The position numbers were made by a program, and so were the translations under genes. 59,935 nucleotides of DNA from positions 1 through 59,935 of the forward strand of contig JAUCBJ010007412.1 of the NCBI GenBank assembly GCA_032718475.1. The letters run 5' to 3'. The notes under the pieces were generated by a model that was given only the letters and a program-made list of their open reading frames with translations, had not been told where the DNA came from and did not search any database. Source of the stretch: Nemertoderma westbladi. Its lineage: Eukaryota; Animalia; Xenacoelomorpha. This document shows positions 37,772 to 48,705 of the stretch, piece after piece (the stretch's first letter is position 1; the number at the start of each line of letters is the position of its first letter).

Positions 37772-38500
37772 AGAAAGACCAAAATTTTGACAGTTAACTT
37801 TTAAAGTCCTCAGCAAGTCTCTGATCGGATGAGCATAAGCTCAAAAGATGGTATGCTAGAGCATCTGGATGACTTCTGTTACCTGGGATCATGGATCCGG
37901 AAGTCAGGTGAGGACCTTCGAATACGTAAGGGAAAGGCATGGATGGGCAGCCTTGAATAGGCTTTCCAGGATTTGGAAGTCAACGAGAATTAATCGGAAA
38001 CTTAAGGTCCGATTATTTAGAGCAGCAGTAGTTCCAGTATTCCTCTATGGGAGTCCATGCTGGGCTCTAACTGCTGAGGACACCAAATCTCTGGATGGCA
38101 CATTCACAAAAATGCTACGCCGGGTTCATTGTGTCAAGTACAATGCACACATATCCAACCAGACACTATATAACATTGGAGGTGTCTCATTGGTTCCCCC
38201 AAGCTTGACACTAGAACAAAATCGCCTCCGCTTTGCAGGACATTGCTTTCGCCGTGAGGACCAGCCAGTGCATAATCTTGTACTTTGGCAGCCTCCTGGA
38301 GTGAATAAGCATGGTGGACAGCCCATTACTTTCTTGAGACGCATCTTAAAGGACACTGGCCTTGAAGATGGGGATGATCTAGCAAATGTCATGGGTGATA
38401 GGGAGTTGTGGCGGTGCAATTTTGTCGATAAGCCGGCACAGCATTCTTAAAAATGTAGCTGCAATGCAGCATGCCGATCCTAGTAGTAGTAGTAGTAGTA
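37772..38500 (+). mobile_element. 5'-truncated RTE-clade LINE (family B), second copy
   Basis: Near-identical to the reverse complement of 7184-7900; ends ...PAQHS*, same 3' UTR and (TAG)n tail at 38481-38500. Confidence 0.93.
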
Positions 38501-39752
38501 TGTACAGAAGGGTAGCTCAGTCATATATAAAATTCCTACGGGGTCATACTGTAGGCTGGAGCCTGAATTATGCAGTATAATAAGTTAAACTATTATTAAA
38601 CTGAACGCATTCCAAAAGATCGATGTAACAGTTAAGTTATTATTGATTTACAACGAATTACAGTATAAATATTATTACTGTTGAGTATTTTTTATACGAA
38701 GAACGAAAGACTGTCTTGTTTTTTTAACCCTTAATTGAGGAGAGGCATTACAAATGCTGGCGCCTCGAAAACTCAATGAACGCGCTGGGATGATGTAAGA
38801 TTAAAAAGGGGGAAAGAAAAATTGTCATGTGAAACTGAGCGAGTAAAATAATTATGAATTGTATGGCGCTTTTGAAAGAATTGTGAAGTTGGTACTGTAC
38901 TAATACTGTACAGTCTGAGAGTTGAAACCACAACGTAGTGCGGTACCTAGGTTATATTAGTACATCATACCACCTGTACGTCTGTTAAATATTAATATTA
39001 TCAATGTTAAATTCTCAATTTATGGATAGGACCAGGTTACAGTGTCGCGTTATTCTAAACAAAACAATAAACTGAAGTCAATAGAACAGGTTACAGTATA
39101 CTGTAGTTTTATTTTGTGGAGTAATCAGCCTAGCCGTTTTTTTAAACAGTAGCTAATTTATGATAAAATAGTATAAACATATATAGAAATTCCTTTAATA
39201 ATTAAATTCTAAATAAACTTATAAATAAAATTATAACTTAATTTTTTTTACTCGCTAATAAAAAGTATTAAGCTAACACAAAATCACAATTAATAGCTAC
39301 CATCTTACTACTGGTATTCAGAAGGTGAAATATTTGTTCTAGAACAAGAGCCCTCATGATAAAAGCCAATTTTAGGTGAAAAAATTGGTCAAAAAATGGG
39401 TACCTAAAACATAAAAATCTGAAAAACATACAGTATGTACTACCTAACACTTAATGTTGATAAGAACGTAAGTTTTTTAATCGAAGTACTGTATGTAACA
39501 TAAAATCAAACTTAAACATTATAATATATTTCTCACTTGTGTATTTACAGTAATAGTAATTACAATTATGGCGGTAGGGCATATGTAGAGCTTAAAAATA
39601 TCTTAACTTAGACAAACTTGAACATGAAATACAATTAAGGTTTTCACAAATAGGACGAACAAATTTATATATTTAACAACATGATTTACTGTAATTATCA
39701 GTTGAATTTTTAAAAGTTATATTTCATAAATGTCACCTAGGTATATCAGTCT

Positions 39753-40290
39753 ATGTTGAACGACACAGTGCGGCGTGCAATGGCAAATAGTTGGGGTGGG
39801 GTTCCCGCCATCTTGGAGACGCTGAGGTTGTGTAAAGGCAGAAAGGTGACGGGAACCACGTCGACGACGTCACCCTCGTCCCGTGGGCGGAAAATGACTT
39901 GGGAGACGACCGTCGTCGACCCCCTTACAGTGGCAATGGGATCGGCCAGAGTGCAGTGTCAAGCTCTTCAACTACACGGCGGCCGTGTAGTTAAACCAGA
40001 GTGCAGTGGCAAGCTCTTCAACTACACGGCGGCACTTAAAGATCAGGAAATACGAAGAAGGAGGAACTGGTCCACCGAGGCTACCTTCTTCCACCCGGTG
40101 GCATTTGAGACCTTCGGTTGACCCTGCCCTGAAAAGGCTGCATTCGTAAAGGAGGTTGGAAACAACTTCCGTGCAGTCAGTACAGTAGGCCTACAGTAAG
40201 GAGTCTCGCTCCCACCTGTTTATCCTCCAACGGGCCTACCCATCCTCTTTGCCATTCTAATCGGTAACGCGGACTCCATCATGTCGTGGG
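39753..40290 (+). mobile_element. Degenerate C-terminal restriction-like endonuclease region of a CRE-like non-LTR retrotransposon
   Basis: LNDTVRRAM...VPAILE, TWETTVVDPL, FHPVAFETFG and AILIGNADSI resemble the RLE-domain end of CRE-clade elements; stops and frameshifts present. Confidence 0.65.
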
Positions 40291-40362
40291 TAACCGTACC
40301 ATGGACTGGACCCAGCCCTGTCCGGCGGCCTGCGTCCTGCGAGGTCCTGCGTCCTGTCTCCC

Positions 40363-41058
40363 CAGGGACGGATTAAGGGGGGGGGGGGGGGGGGGGCAAC
40401 AGGGGCAGCTGCCGGGGGAAGGGGCCCGCAAGTTGGGAGAAATTTACCAAACATTATCTCACATATAAAACAACCCAATTTATTGATTAATTTCTGGCTG
40501 TTCAATAAAAATTTAGACTTTAGAGTATATCTCACATATACAGTAGCACTATTCAGAGCACAGTGTCCCATAGAATGTTTAAAGTGTTGAAAAAATGTTT
40601 AAAGTGTAAAGTAATAATACTTAAAGGAAAACGTTAGCAAAAGGGTTGATTTAAAATAATAGTAAATTATTACTGTATTACAATTAACTTCTAATTTACT
40701 TTTCAATTAGATTTATCTGAAATCATTCACGAGTTCAGTATTCACAAGGTAATTGTTGTGTCTAATTTATTGATATACCAATATAGTCGTTCCTAAATAT
40801 AGAATTGATGTCTTTTGGATGGTGTAATTTTAGGAAAAAATTATTATTACTTAAATAATAAAGGACTACAGTATTATTCGATTTAAAAAATAGTAAGCGG
40901 AAATCACCGCTTTTTTCACTGATTTTCAATTCAACTATTCTGTCCATAGTGTTTTCCATTACGTTTTTATATCGAATATATTGTTTTATTTGAAAGAATA
41001 TCACCAGCGTTACTTATTTTTAACCAACGGGGACCAAAATTTTGTGCAATTGGTTTTC

Positions 41059-41089
<31 letters not shown>

Positions 41090-41158
41090 GGGGGGGGCTA
41101 CGGGACGGCCCCGTAAGTTGCGACTGCCGGGGGCCCGAAAATCCATAATCCGTCCCTG
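40363..41158. mobile_element. Non-autonomous hAT element
   Basis: TIR cagggacggatta / taatccgtccctg; 8-bp flanks tgtctccc and tgtctcac (7/8). Confidence 0.88.
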
Positions 41159-41370
41159 TGTCTCACCCCTCCCGCACCCGCCAACAACACGGGATAGACT
41201 ACCGGTATAATGTATGTACTATTGTAGGCCTATAATATGTACAGTATTTTTTTTAATTAATTTTAATTAATTTGTGTTATTTTATATTATTCATACTTAG
41301 ATTTATTTACATATTTGTACGGTATGGATAATCTTTGCCAATTAATTTATTTTTTTTAATTTTTTTTCAC

Positions 41371-41453
41371 AAGTTCTCCATGACGTCATAATTTATGGTC
41401 GACCAAAAATTTTATTTTTGGTCGACCATAAATTATGACGTCATGGAGAACTT
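41371..41453. repeat. Perfect palindrome with 40-bp arms and 3-nt loop, containing two TGACGTCA sites
   Basis: aagttctccatgacgtcataatttatggtcgaccaaaaat-ttt-atttttggtcgaccataaattatgacgtcatggagaactt; looser symmetry extends to ~41332-41491. Confidence 0.95.
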
Positions 41454-42214
41454 CTGAAAAAAATACAAATAATTAATTAATTGGCAAAGATCAGCCAAAG
41501 TATATGTTGAATTAATGAAGAATATAATGAAATATAAAATTTAAATGATGATTTTAAAATAACGTTGCCATTTACCAACCAAACATAATGTGTCAGATTT
41601 TGTCACAACAATAATTGTCATATTCGAAAACAATTTAAGCAACCTGACTGCATGGGCTGAGCGGTCAGCACTCCTGCACTCAGCACCCTCATTCTGCCAT
41701 CTTAAACAAAAATGACCTCATATCTTTATATGCCGCCGTCTCTCCTACAACATAGGCCTACAATGCAGCTAGGCCTAGTGTCAGAGTGTAAACTAACGCC
41801 TTATCCATTATCTATGGTGGCCCAGAAGGGACAACTTAAAAAATATTTCATTTCGAGTAAAAAAAAACGACAAAAACGAATTATCCATTAAATTCTTGTT
41901 TTTGTCGTTTTTTTATGACTTTCAATATTGTTTAGTTCGTATTTCAGTAGTTAGTGCACTAAATGTGTTATATAAATGTGCATTATATCTCTTTTAATGG
42001 TTTTAATGGTTTATTGTTTCATGCTTTGTTAATAATTGTAATTGTGTTAACTTTTTTAATAAAAAAAAAATCATTTCAAATCAATCGAAATCTGTTGTTA
42101 TGTTCTTATGGGGGGGGGGGGGGGGGGGGGGGTAACAAATACAATGATATATGATATATAATTACACCTTAATACAGTCGTATTTAAACTTTAAAGGTAC
42201 AATAATTGGCCTTC

Positions 42215-43400
42215 TCAAATTTCGAATTCCTTTAACAAGAAACGCATTTGTGTGTAGAAATGGAAAGCATCCGTATTGTTACTTGGAGGCTTGGGAATGT
42301 CCCCATCGAAAATAATGGCCAACAATTCAATAAATTCGTTGGAACATCCTACATGGTTCCAGGTTTTACTGAATGTATCCACAAGTCCCCTAATATCTTG
42401 CTTTGTGATAGGTAAAGAAAGGTAAGGCGCAGTCTTGTTTATCATACTCCCCCGGCGCATTATACAATATACAGTATCTGGGATGCCACCGATAAAGTTT
42501 ATCTTAGAATTCTTGCGCATCCTGTGTGTGTTCCAATCTTGAATAAAAGTATCTAATTGTGCTTGAATGAGTGTAAAGAAAGAGTATCGTGCTATCTGAA
42601 GATCGATTGAGTCTGTCGGTATATATTCTCCTGAAATTACCATGTCAGATAGTTTATCACTCCAACATTGAATAACATTACGTCGAAGATCGCGCCAAAA
42701 GCGTTCAATTCTTGAATTATGGACAGAACTTCCCTTGATTATTGGGTTGTTAGCATGCGAATCACCGCACTCACTGCGTAGAACCCTATGACATTGTTAA
42801 ATTAGAGTATTCTCTGTCCCACCATCTGTTCGAATTAAAACAGGCTGAGCGGATATTTGAGCCAACAATTCAAAATATGCTCTACAATCCGTGGGTTATT
42901 ATTGCTTGGGAGAACTTTCAACCACATTACCTTGCTTGAAAACCCATCAATCCCACCATGGATAGGAAAGCCCAGAGGCTTAAGTTTATCATATCCATCT
43001 ATATGGAGGCAAAAGTTTGGACCCGCCGATCCATAACGTGAGCGACGTAGTAGAGTTTGCCGTAAACGAGCATTAACACCAGCCGGATCAATGTGTTTAA
43101 GAAGTATTCTAACAGTTTCTCGGCGAAGGTTTATAAAGTGCCGACTCCATAAGCGTCGATGAATCGTCCGATACCCACAATTAATTGCAGAAAATTCAAC
43201 AATTTCCGATTCTAACGTGTTCCCCGTAATACACGAGGAAGTGACTGCTCGTAACAACGGCTTCTAAGATTTAAATCAGCTCTACGTCGTTTAATTGTCC
43301 TATCGCTTATAGTTATTCCATGTTGCAATTTCAATAGCACCCTTGTATCTCTAACAGTAAAACGTAGGTAATAATAATACGCCGAAATTAAGATATCCAT
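42215..43400 (-). pseudogene. IS3EU-type DDE integrase-core transposase, frameshifted
   Basis: GPNFCLHIDGYDKL, IHGGIDGFS, IRTDGGTEN, GSSVHNSRIERFW and DWNTHRMR spread over several frames. Confidence 0.85.
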
Positions 43401-43551
43401 TTCTGGATTTACCAAAACGCAATAATTTTTATTGTCCGTTTAAATCCTTTTTTTGTCCTTTTTTTTTATTTTTTATGTCCTCCAAAAGTCTAATGTTAGG
43501 TTCCATGCTACCGGTTTCTCTACTGCTGTTCTCTCAGGCTATCAGTACCGG

Positions 43552-44407
43552 TGTCACAAGGAAATCAGCCCCCCTAGAATATGCCCCCGGGGCATTATTT
43601 CCTAGGATATATTATGTCCCCCCGGGCAATTTTTCCTAGGAAATTTAGCCCGGGGGGGCATTTTCTCCTTAGGAAATAATGCCTCCCCTCAGGAAAATTA
43701 GCCCCCCTCAAAAGTCTGAAAACTGGTACGATACCGGTCTGCTGGTAGCCACTTTTAATCTACCAACTGCAGAACTTGTAATAGTTGGAAGAATAGTACG
43801 GTACCGGTCTGCCGGTAGGTAAGCAGGTAAGGCAGTAAGGGATGTAGAACAGCATACTGAAGTATCTAAGTCAGTAGGCTACTGTAGTAAGTGTAACCTG
43901 CTCCTTTCCCTGATTTGGTAAAGTGATTGTTTATTGTTTTGGTTAGAAAATCCCGCCTCTGTAACCTACTCCTTTCTCTCAATTGGTAATATTATCGTTT
44001 ATTGTTTTGGTTAGAAAATCCCGTCTCTGTAACCTGCTCCTTTCCCTGATTTGCTAAAGTGACTGTTTATTGTTTTGGTTAGAAAATCCCGCCTCTGTAA
44101 CCTGCTCCTTTCCCTCAATTAGTTAAATGATCGTTTATTGTTTTGGTTAGAAAGGCCTGCCTCTGTAACCTGCTCCTTTCCTTCATTTGGCAAAGTGCTG
44201 TTTATTGTTTTGTATAATTTTTGTAAGTTTTAGTAGTAATAAGTTTTGTTTATTGTATAATTCAGGGGGGGGGGGCATAATTTCCTAAGGGGGGGCATTT
44301 TTTCCTAGGGAAATTTGCCCGGGGGGGGGGGGGGGCATTTTTTCCTAGGAAAATATGCCCCCCCGGACACATTTCCCGGGGGGGGGGGGGCATATTTTCC
44401 TGTTACA
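43552..44407. mobile_element. Non-autonomous Ginger1-type DNA transposon, copy 2
   Basis: Near-identical to 22205-23122; CCGG TSD (43548-43551, 44408-44411); the empty site taccggta is seen in the sister MULE copy at 56201-56208. Confidence 0.9.
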
Positions 44408-44674
44408 CCGGTATTAGTATATATAGCACTATTTTGCTGTATTGCATGTACAGATGTAGATATAAAGCAGGTATTTCTGTATTTTAGTACCGGTACCGGC
44501 ACCGGTACTGCTATAGGTCTACTGTGTAGCCTACCATTTAAATACGGTAATGGTAGGCCTACCGGTTGTGCTAATAAATTTTAAATAATTGATAGGCCAA
44601 ACTGGATTGCAGGATTGTGGAAAATGTGGATATACCTTTCACATAATTTAGGCCTATTACTGTATTAGTTTTAT

Positions 44675-45310
44675 CGTCTCTGTAACCTGCTCCTTTCCCT
44701 CAATTAGTTAAATGATCGTTTATTGTTTTGGTTAGAAAATCCCGCCTCTGTAACCTGCCCCTTTCCCTCAATTAGTTAAATGATCGTTTATTTGTTTTGG
44801 TTAGAAAATCCCGCCTCTGTAATCTGCTCCTTTCCCTGAATTGGTAAAGTGACCGTTTATTGTTTTTGTTAGAAAGGCCCGCCTCTGTAACCTGCCCCTT
44901 TCCCTCAATTAGTTAAATGATCGTTTATTGTTTTGGTTAGAAAATCCCGCCTCTGTAACCTGCTCCTTTCCCTCAATTAGTTAAGTGATCGTTTATTGTT
45001 TTGGTTAGAAAATTCCGCCTCTGTTACCTGTACCTTTCCCTAAATTAGTTAAATGATCGTTTATTGTTTTGGTTAGAAAATCCCGCCTCTGTAACCTGCT
45101 CCTTTCCCTCAATAAGTTAATAAGTGATCGTTTATTGTTTTGGTTAGAAAATCCCGCCTCTGTAACCTGCTCCTTTCCCTCAATTAGTTAAGTGATCGTT
45201 TATTGTTTTGGTTAGAAAATCCCGTCTCTGTAACCTGCTCCTTTCCCTGATTTGGTAAAGTGACAGTTTATTGTTTTGGTTAGAAAACTCGGCCTTAAGC
45301 TGCTCCTTTC
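44675..45310. repeat. 68-bp tandem repeat, ~9 copies
   Basis: Unit gtttattgttttggttagaaaatcccgcctctgtaacctgctcctttccctcaattagttaaatgatc. Confidence 0.95.
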
Positions 45311-45953
45311 CATCAATTGGTAATTGTTTTTGGCTATAAAATGAGTGTTTTGCTACGTCATGTGGTAATCGATTATCGACAACAACCACAAACTACAGTA
45401 TTAAATATAGAGTCTTTTTACCACAGGCGCATATGGAAATCTATCTCATAGTCTATAAATCATGGAATTATGGAATGTTTTGGCACAGGCATAGTGAAAT
45501 CAACTGTCTGACAGTCCAGAAATCAGCAGCCTGACGGTTTGAAGAAATACATACATAAAAAGTCATTAAAAGGACAATAAAAGTCATTAAAAGGACAACA
45601 AAAGTCATTATGCATAATTCGTAAAAAAAAAGGACAAAAAAAGTCAAATAAAAGGACATAAAAAATCACTGCCTTACCAAAACAACATGTAGGCCTAAAG
45701 TCTGTTTTAAATCTCCCTCTCAAAACCTTCCTTACTTGAAACCAAATTTCGTTTTTGTCGTTTTTTTTTTATTTGTAGTAAAATAATTATCTCTGTATTC
45801 AGATATTAATATTTCTCAGTATTACGTATTCAGTATTAGTCATTCAGTCATTTACTGGTTTATGAACAATCCATATCAGCATATCTCGCCTATTTTTATC
45901 TGCCAAGTTCAAGATTTATTAGCACGATTAGTGAAGCTCCGTTCTCCCGCGGG

Positions 45954-48235
45954 ATGGATGGGAACAGATCCGCGGACGTGACGCCCCCGCCATCCCCTGG
46001 CGTACCCGGGGGAGCCTGTCTCACCGCCGATGAGGCGCGCAAACTCAGCGCGGTGATGGAACGCGCTTTGGAGTTCGAGCGAGCGGAAGGAATGTTTCAA
46101 CCATTGATGGGATACTTGAGTAAATACACGAACGTTGTAAAGGGGTGGCAGTACCGGTATTTCCTTCTCAATCCGGACTGCGGCACTTTAGAGTACCACA
46201 TGACGGCGGAATCGTCACGGCAACAGAAACCTCGAGGGTGTCTGCAACTGGTCGGAGCCGTGGTCTGTCCCAGCGACGAGGATGAGTACACCTTCGTAGT
46301 TCATTCCGTCGAGTCGGAGGTGTTTAAATTGCGAGCGGTGGACGCACGTCATCGGCAGGTGTGGGTGAACCGGGTCCGATCAGTTGTCGAGTACCACGAC
46401 TCTAGGTTGGCGCAGTGCAACGCGTTGCGCGTGGGAGCCAAGCATCCTTCGCCGAAACGCGGGGTAAAACCGGTGGTTAGGCAGGGCCAGTTCCCACCCC
46501 GAGGCCGGGTGACTCCCCGTGATCAGCAACCCTTAACTATCCGGGAGCAGTTCCCAGCCCGAGACCGAGACCAGCACCACCCCCTGCGTGTCCGGGACAG
46601 GGTCCCCTCTCGAGGACAGCTCACCTCCACTCTGCTCGATATCCGCCGTACTATCGACTCGGCGGCGACCCAGCAGTCCATCCTCTCTCGACTCATTGAC
46701 AACCTCCCCCCACCCTCGACCTCCACCAGTCCGCCCCCAGCCCTCGATCGGAACGCCCTCCTCCACAAGGCCACATCCCTCGCCATTATCTCAACTCTAT
46801 CCGACTGCCTGTCTGTGTTACGCGATCCCGTTCACACACCCGCGTCCCCATCCGCCATTAGCGAACTAAGCGATACTTACCATTCGGTTGGCTCTTCCTT
46901 CGACGATGTTGTCTTTGAGGTTCCAGTGGAAGATGTTGATGAAGCCATGGAGGAGGAAGTGGAAGACGACGAGATCGCAAAGGAAACCAACGTGGAACTT
47001 ATTGAGCGACACAAACCTGTAATCCTGCATCTTCTATCGCAGTTTAAACTCGGAATGGATTTAACTAAAGTCGTTCTCCCGACGTTCACCCTGGAACGCC
47101 GCTCCTTACTCGAGATGTTTGCGGACTCTACGGGCCACGCGGAACTGTTCCTCGCCATCTCGGACCACCCCGACCCTGAGAGCAGGATGGTAGCCGTGGT
47201 TAAATGGTTCCTCACCGCGTTCCACGTGGCCCGGCCCGGCAGCGTCGCCAAGAAGCCCTACAACCCCATAATCGGGGAAACGTTCCGCTGTTCCTGGCGC
47301 GTCCCGCACCGGCGTTCCAAACCGGACGAAACCGGGTGCTTGTCGTCCGACGTAAATTATTTCAGCCCGGATGAAACGAGTTGCAATAGTGTTAGTGGTG
47401 CGCGTTCTGAATTGGGTGGAACGCATTCCGACGAAGACGTGGAACCCGACTCGCTTTACGTGACCGACGCGCGTTCCGCCGTTCTCCCCTCTTTGGTTCC
47501 GACCCCTTCGCATTCCCCCACGGCGACGATCAGCTTCGTGGCGGAACAGGTCTCCCACCATCCACCAATCAGCGCGTTCCACGTGAGCTGCCCGGCTGCC
47601 CGATCCCGCTGTTCCGCCCACGTGTGGACCAAGTCCAAGTTCCTCGGTCTGTCCATCGGGGTGTCCATGGTGGGCCGCGTCCGTCTGGAGTTGGACGAAT
47701 GGGACGAGGTCTACGAGCTGAGTCTCCCAGCCGCGTACGCCCGATCGATTCTAACGACGCCGTGGAGCGAGTTGGTGGGCCGCGTGGACGTCGGTTGCTT
47801 GGCGACGGGGTACACGGCCGCGCTCACCTTCCAGCCCAAACCGACGTACGGGGGACGCCTGCACGGTGTTAGCGGATCGGTAACCAAGGGGGACCGGATG
47901 GTGTGTCGGGTCGACGGCCGATGGGACGGGAAGATGGAGTTCCTGTATCCGAGCCGGAAGGATGAGGTTGACGTGGTCGCTCTCCGGTTGTGTACCGGAA
48001 GTGGGTCCGTCCGGTTGGCAGACAGGGCCGGTTCGAGTCGCGTAGACTTTGGAGTCGCGTTACTGAGGCGTTGAATAACGGGGACCTGGGCGAGGCGACC
48101 GAGCAGAAGAATGTTCTAGAATCGAGACAACGGGAAGAGGAACTAAACAGAACAAAACGGGGAATCAAATGGAAGTCGAAATATTTCCGTAGATCTGGGG
48201 ATGATTGGCTGTTTATTGGGACTAATGGGAATTGA
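45954..48235 (+). CDS. Oxysterol-binding protein-related protein, OSBPL10/11 type (PH + ORD), intronless, with one frameshift at ~47981-47990
   Basis: PH domain GYLSKYTNVVKGWQYRYF...KPRGCLQLVGAVVCPSDED; ORD with LGMDLTKVVLPTF, KKPYNPIIGETF and signature EQVSHHPPISAF; conserved C-terminus (ESRRLW...ATEQKNVLESRQR...WKSKYF) lies in the 47990..48235 frame. Confidence 0.9.
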
Positions 48236-48469
48236 TTTATCGCATTCCCCCCCCCCCACCCCCCCCCCCCCCCCCCCCCGGTGCTATTCATAACCTTTCT
48301 CATTGTTGTGGGTAATGGTTGCATTTATTTATTAACATAATATAAGATTTAATTCATTGACACAATGATCGTAATATATTCTGCCGGATAATTATTTATT
48401 TCAAATAAACTGCTCCCAGGTTATTTACCATGGTCACCATGTACCAGGTGTGCCAAGTGCCATAACATA

Positions 48470-48705
48470 GGGTCAGAGTAAAACGCGGATCCGGATCCGG
48501 ATTCTACATTTAACATTGTCCCTACGGGAAGTCGATTTTTTTTTTTACATTTTTATAACTCACAAAAATAAATCGATAACCTGTTCTATTCACTTTAGTT
48601 TATTGTTTTTGGTTAAAATAACGTGCCACTGTAACCTGCTCCTTTCCCATAATTGATAATGTTGGAATCCGGATCCGGGTCCGGATCCGCGTTTTACACC
48701 TACCC
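48470..48705. mobile_element. MULE-like MITE carrying one copy of the ggttag/taacctg core unit
   Basis: TIR core gtaaaacgcggatccgga / tccggatccgcgttttac; 9-bp flanks cataacata and cataatata (8/9). Confidence 0.85.

Larger units (their letters stand above)
43418..45673. mobile_element. MULE-like non-autonomous element, copy 1 (carries 68-bp satellite)
   Basis: Ends cgcaataattttt / aaaaatcactgcc; 9-bp TSD ttaccaaaa (43409-43417, 45674-45682); collinear with 56073-58571. Confidence 0.88.
41813..45770 (-). mobile_element. IS3EU-like DNA transposon, disrupted by MULE and Ginger1 insertions
   Basis: Terminus tatggtggccc at 41813; aaaaacgacaaaaacgaa (~41863-41880) inverted at ~45748-45770; the outermost right end is not recognisable. 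Confidence 0.55.

Noticed and set aside
35000-39130. Inverted pair of core units possibly forming one foldback around the RTE pair
   Set aside because: The unit is common in the window, and no termini or TSD could be defined.
46152-46159. taccggta inside the OSBPL CDS as a footprint
   Set aside because: It encodes the conserved WQYRY PH-domain motif with no extra residues; a chance match.
47975-47995. Programmed -1 ribosomal frameshift or micro-intron in OSBPL
   Set aside because: No X-XXY-YYZ slippery heptamer, and the protein alignment leaves no room for an intron.
46097-48324. Antisense and alternative-frame ORFs over OSBPL (likewise over IDE, CWH43 and the RTEs)
   Set aside because: Shadow ORFs expected in coding, especially GC-rich, DNA.
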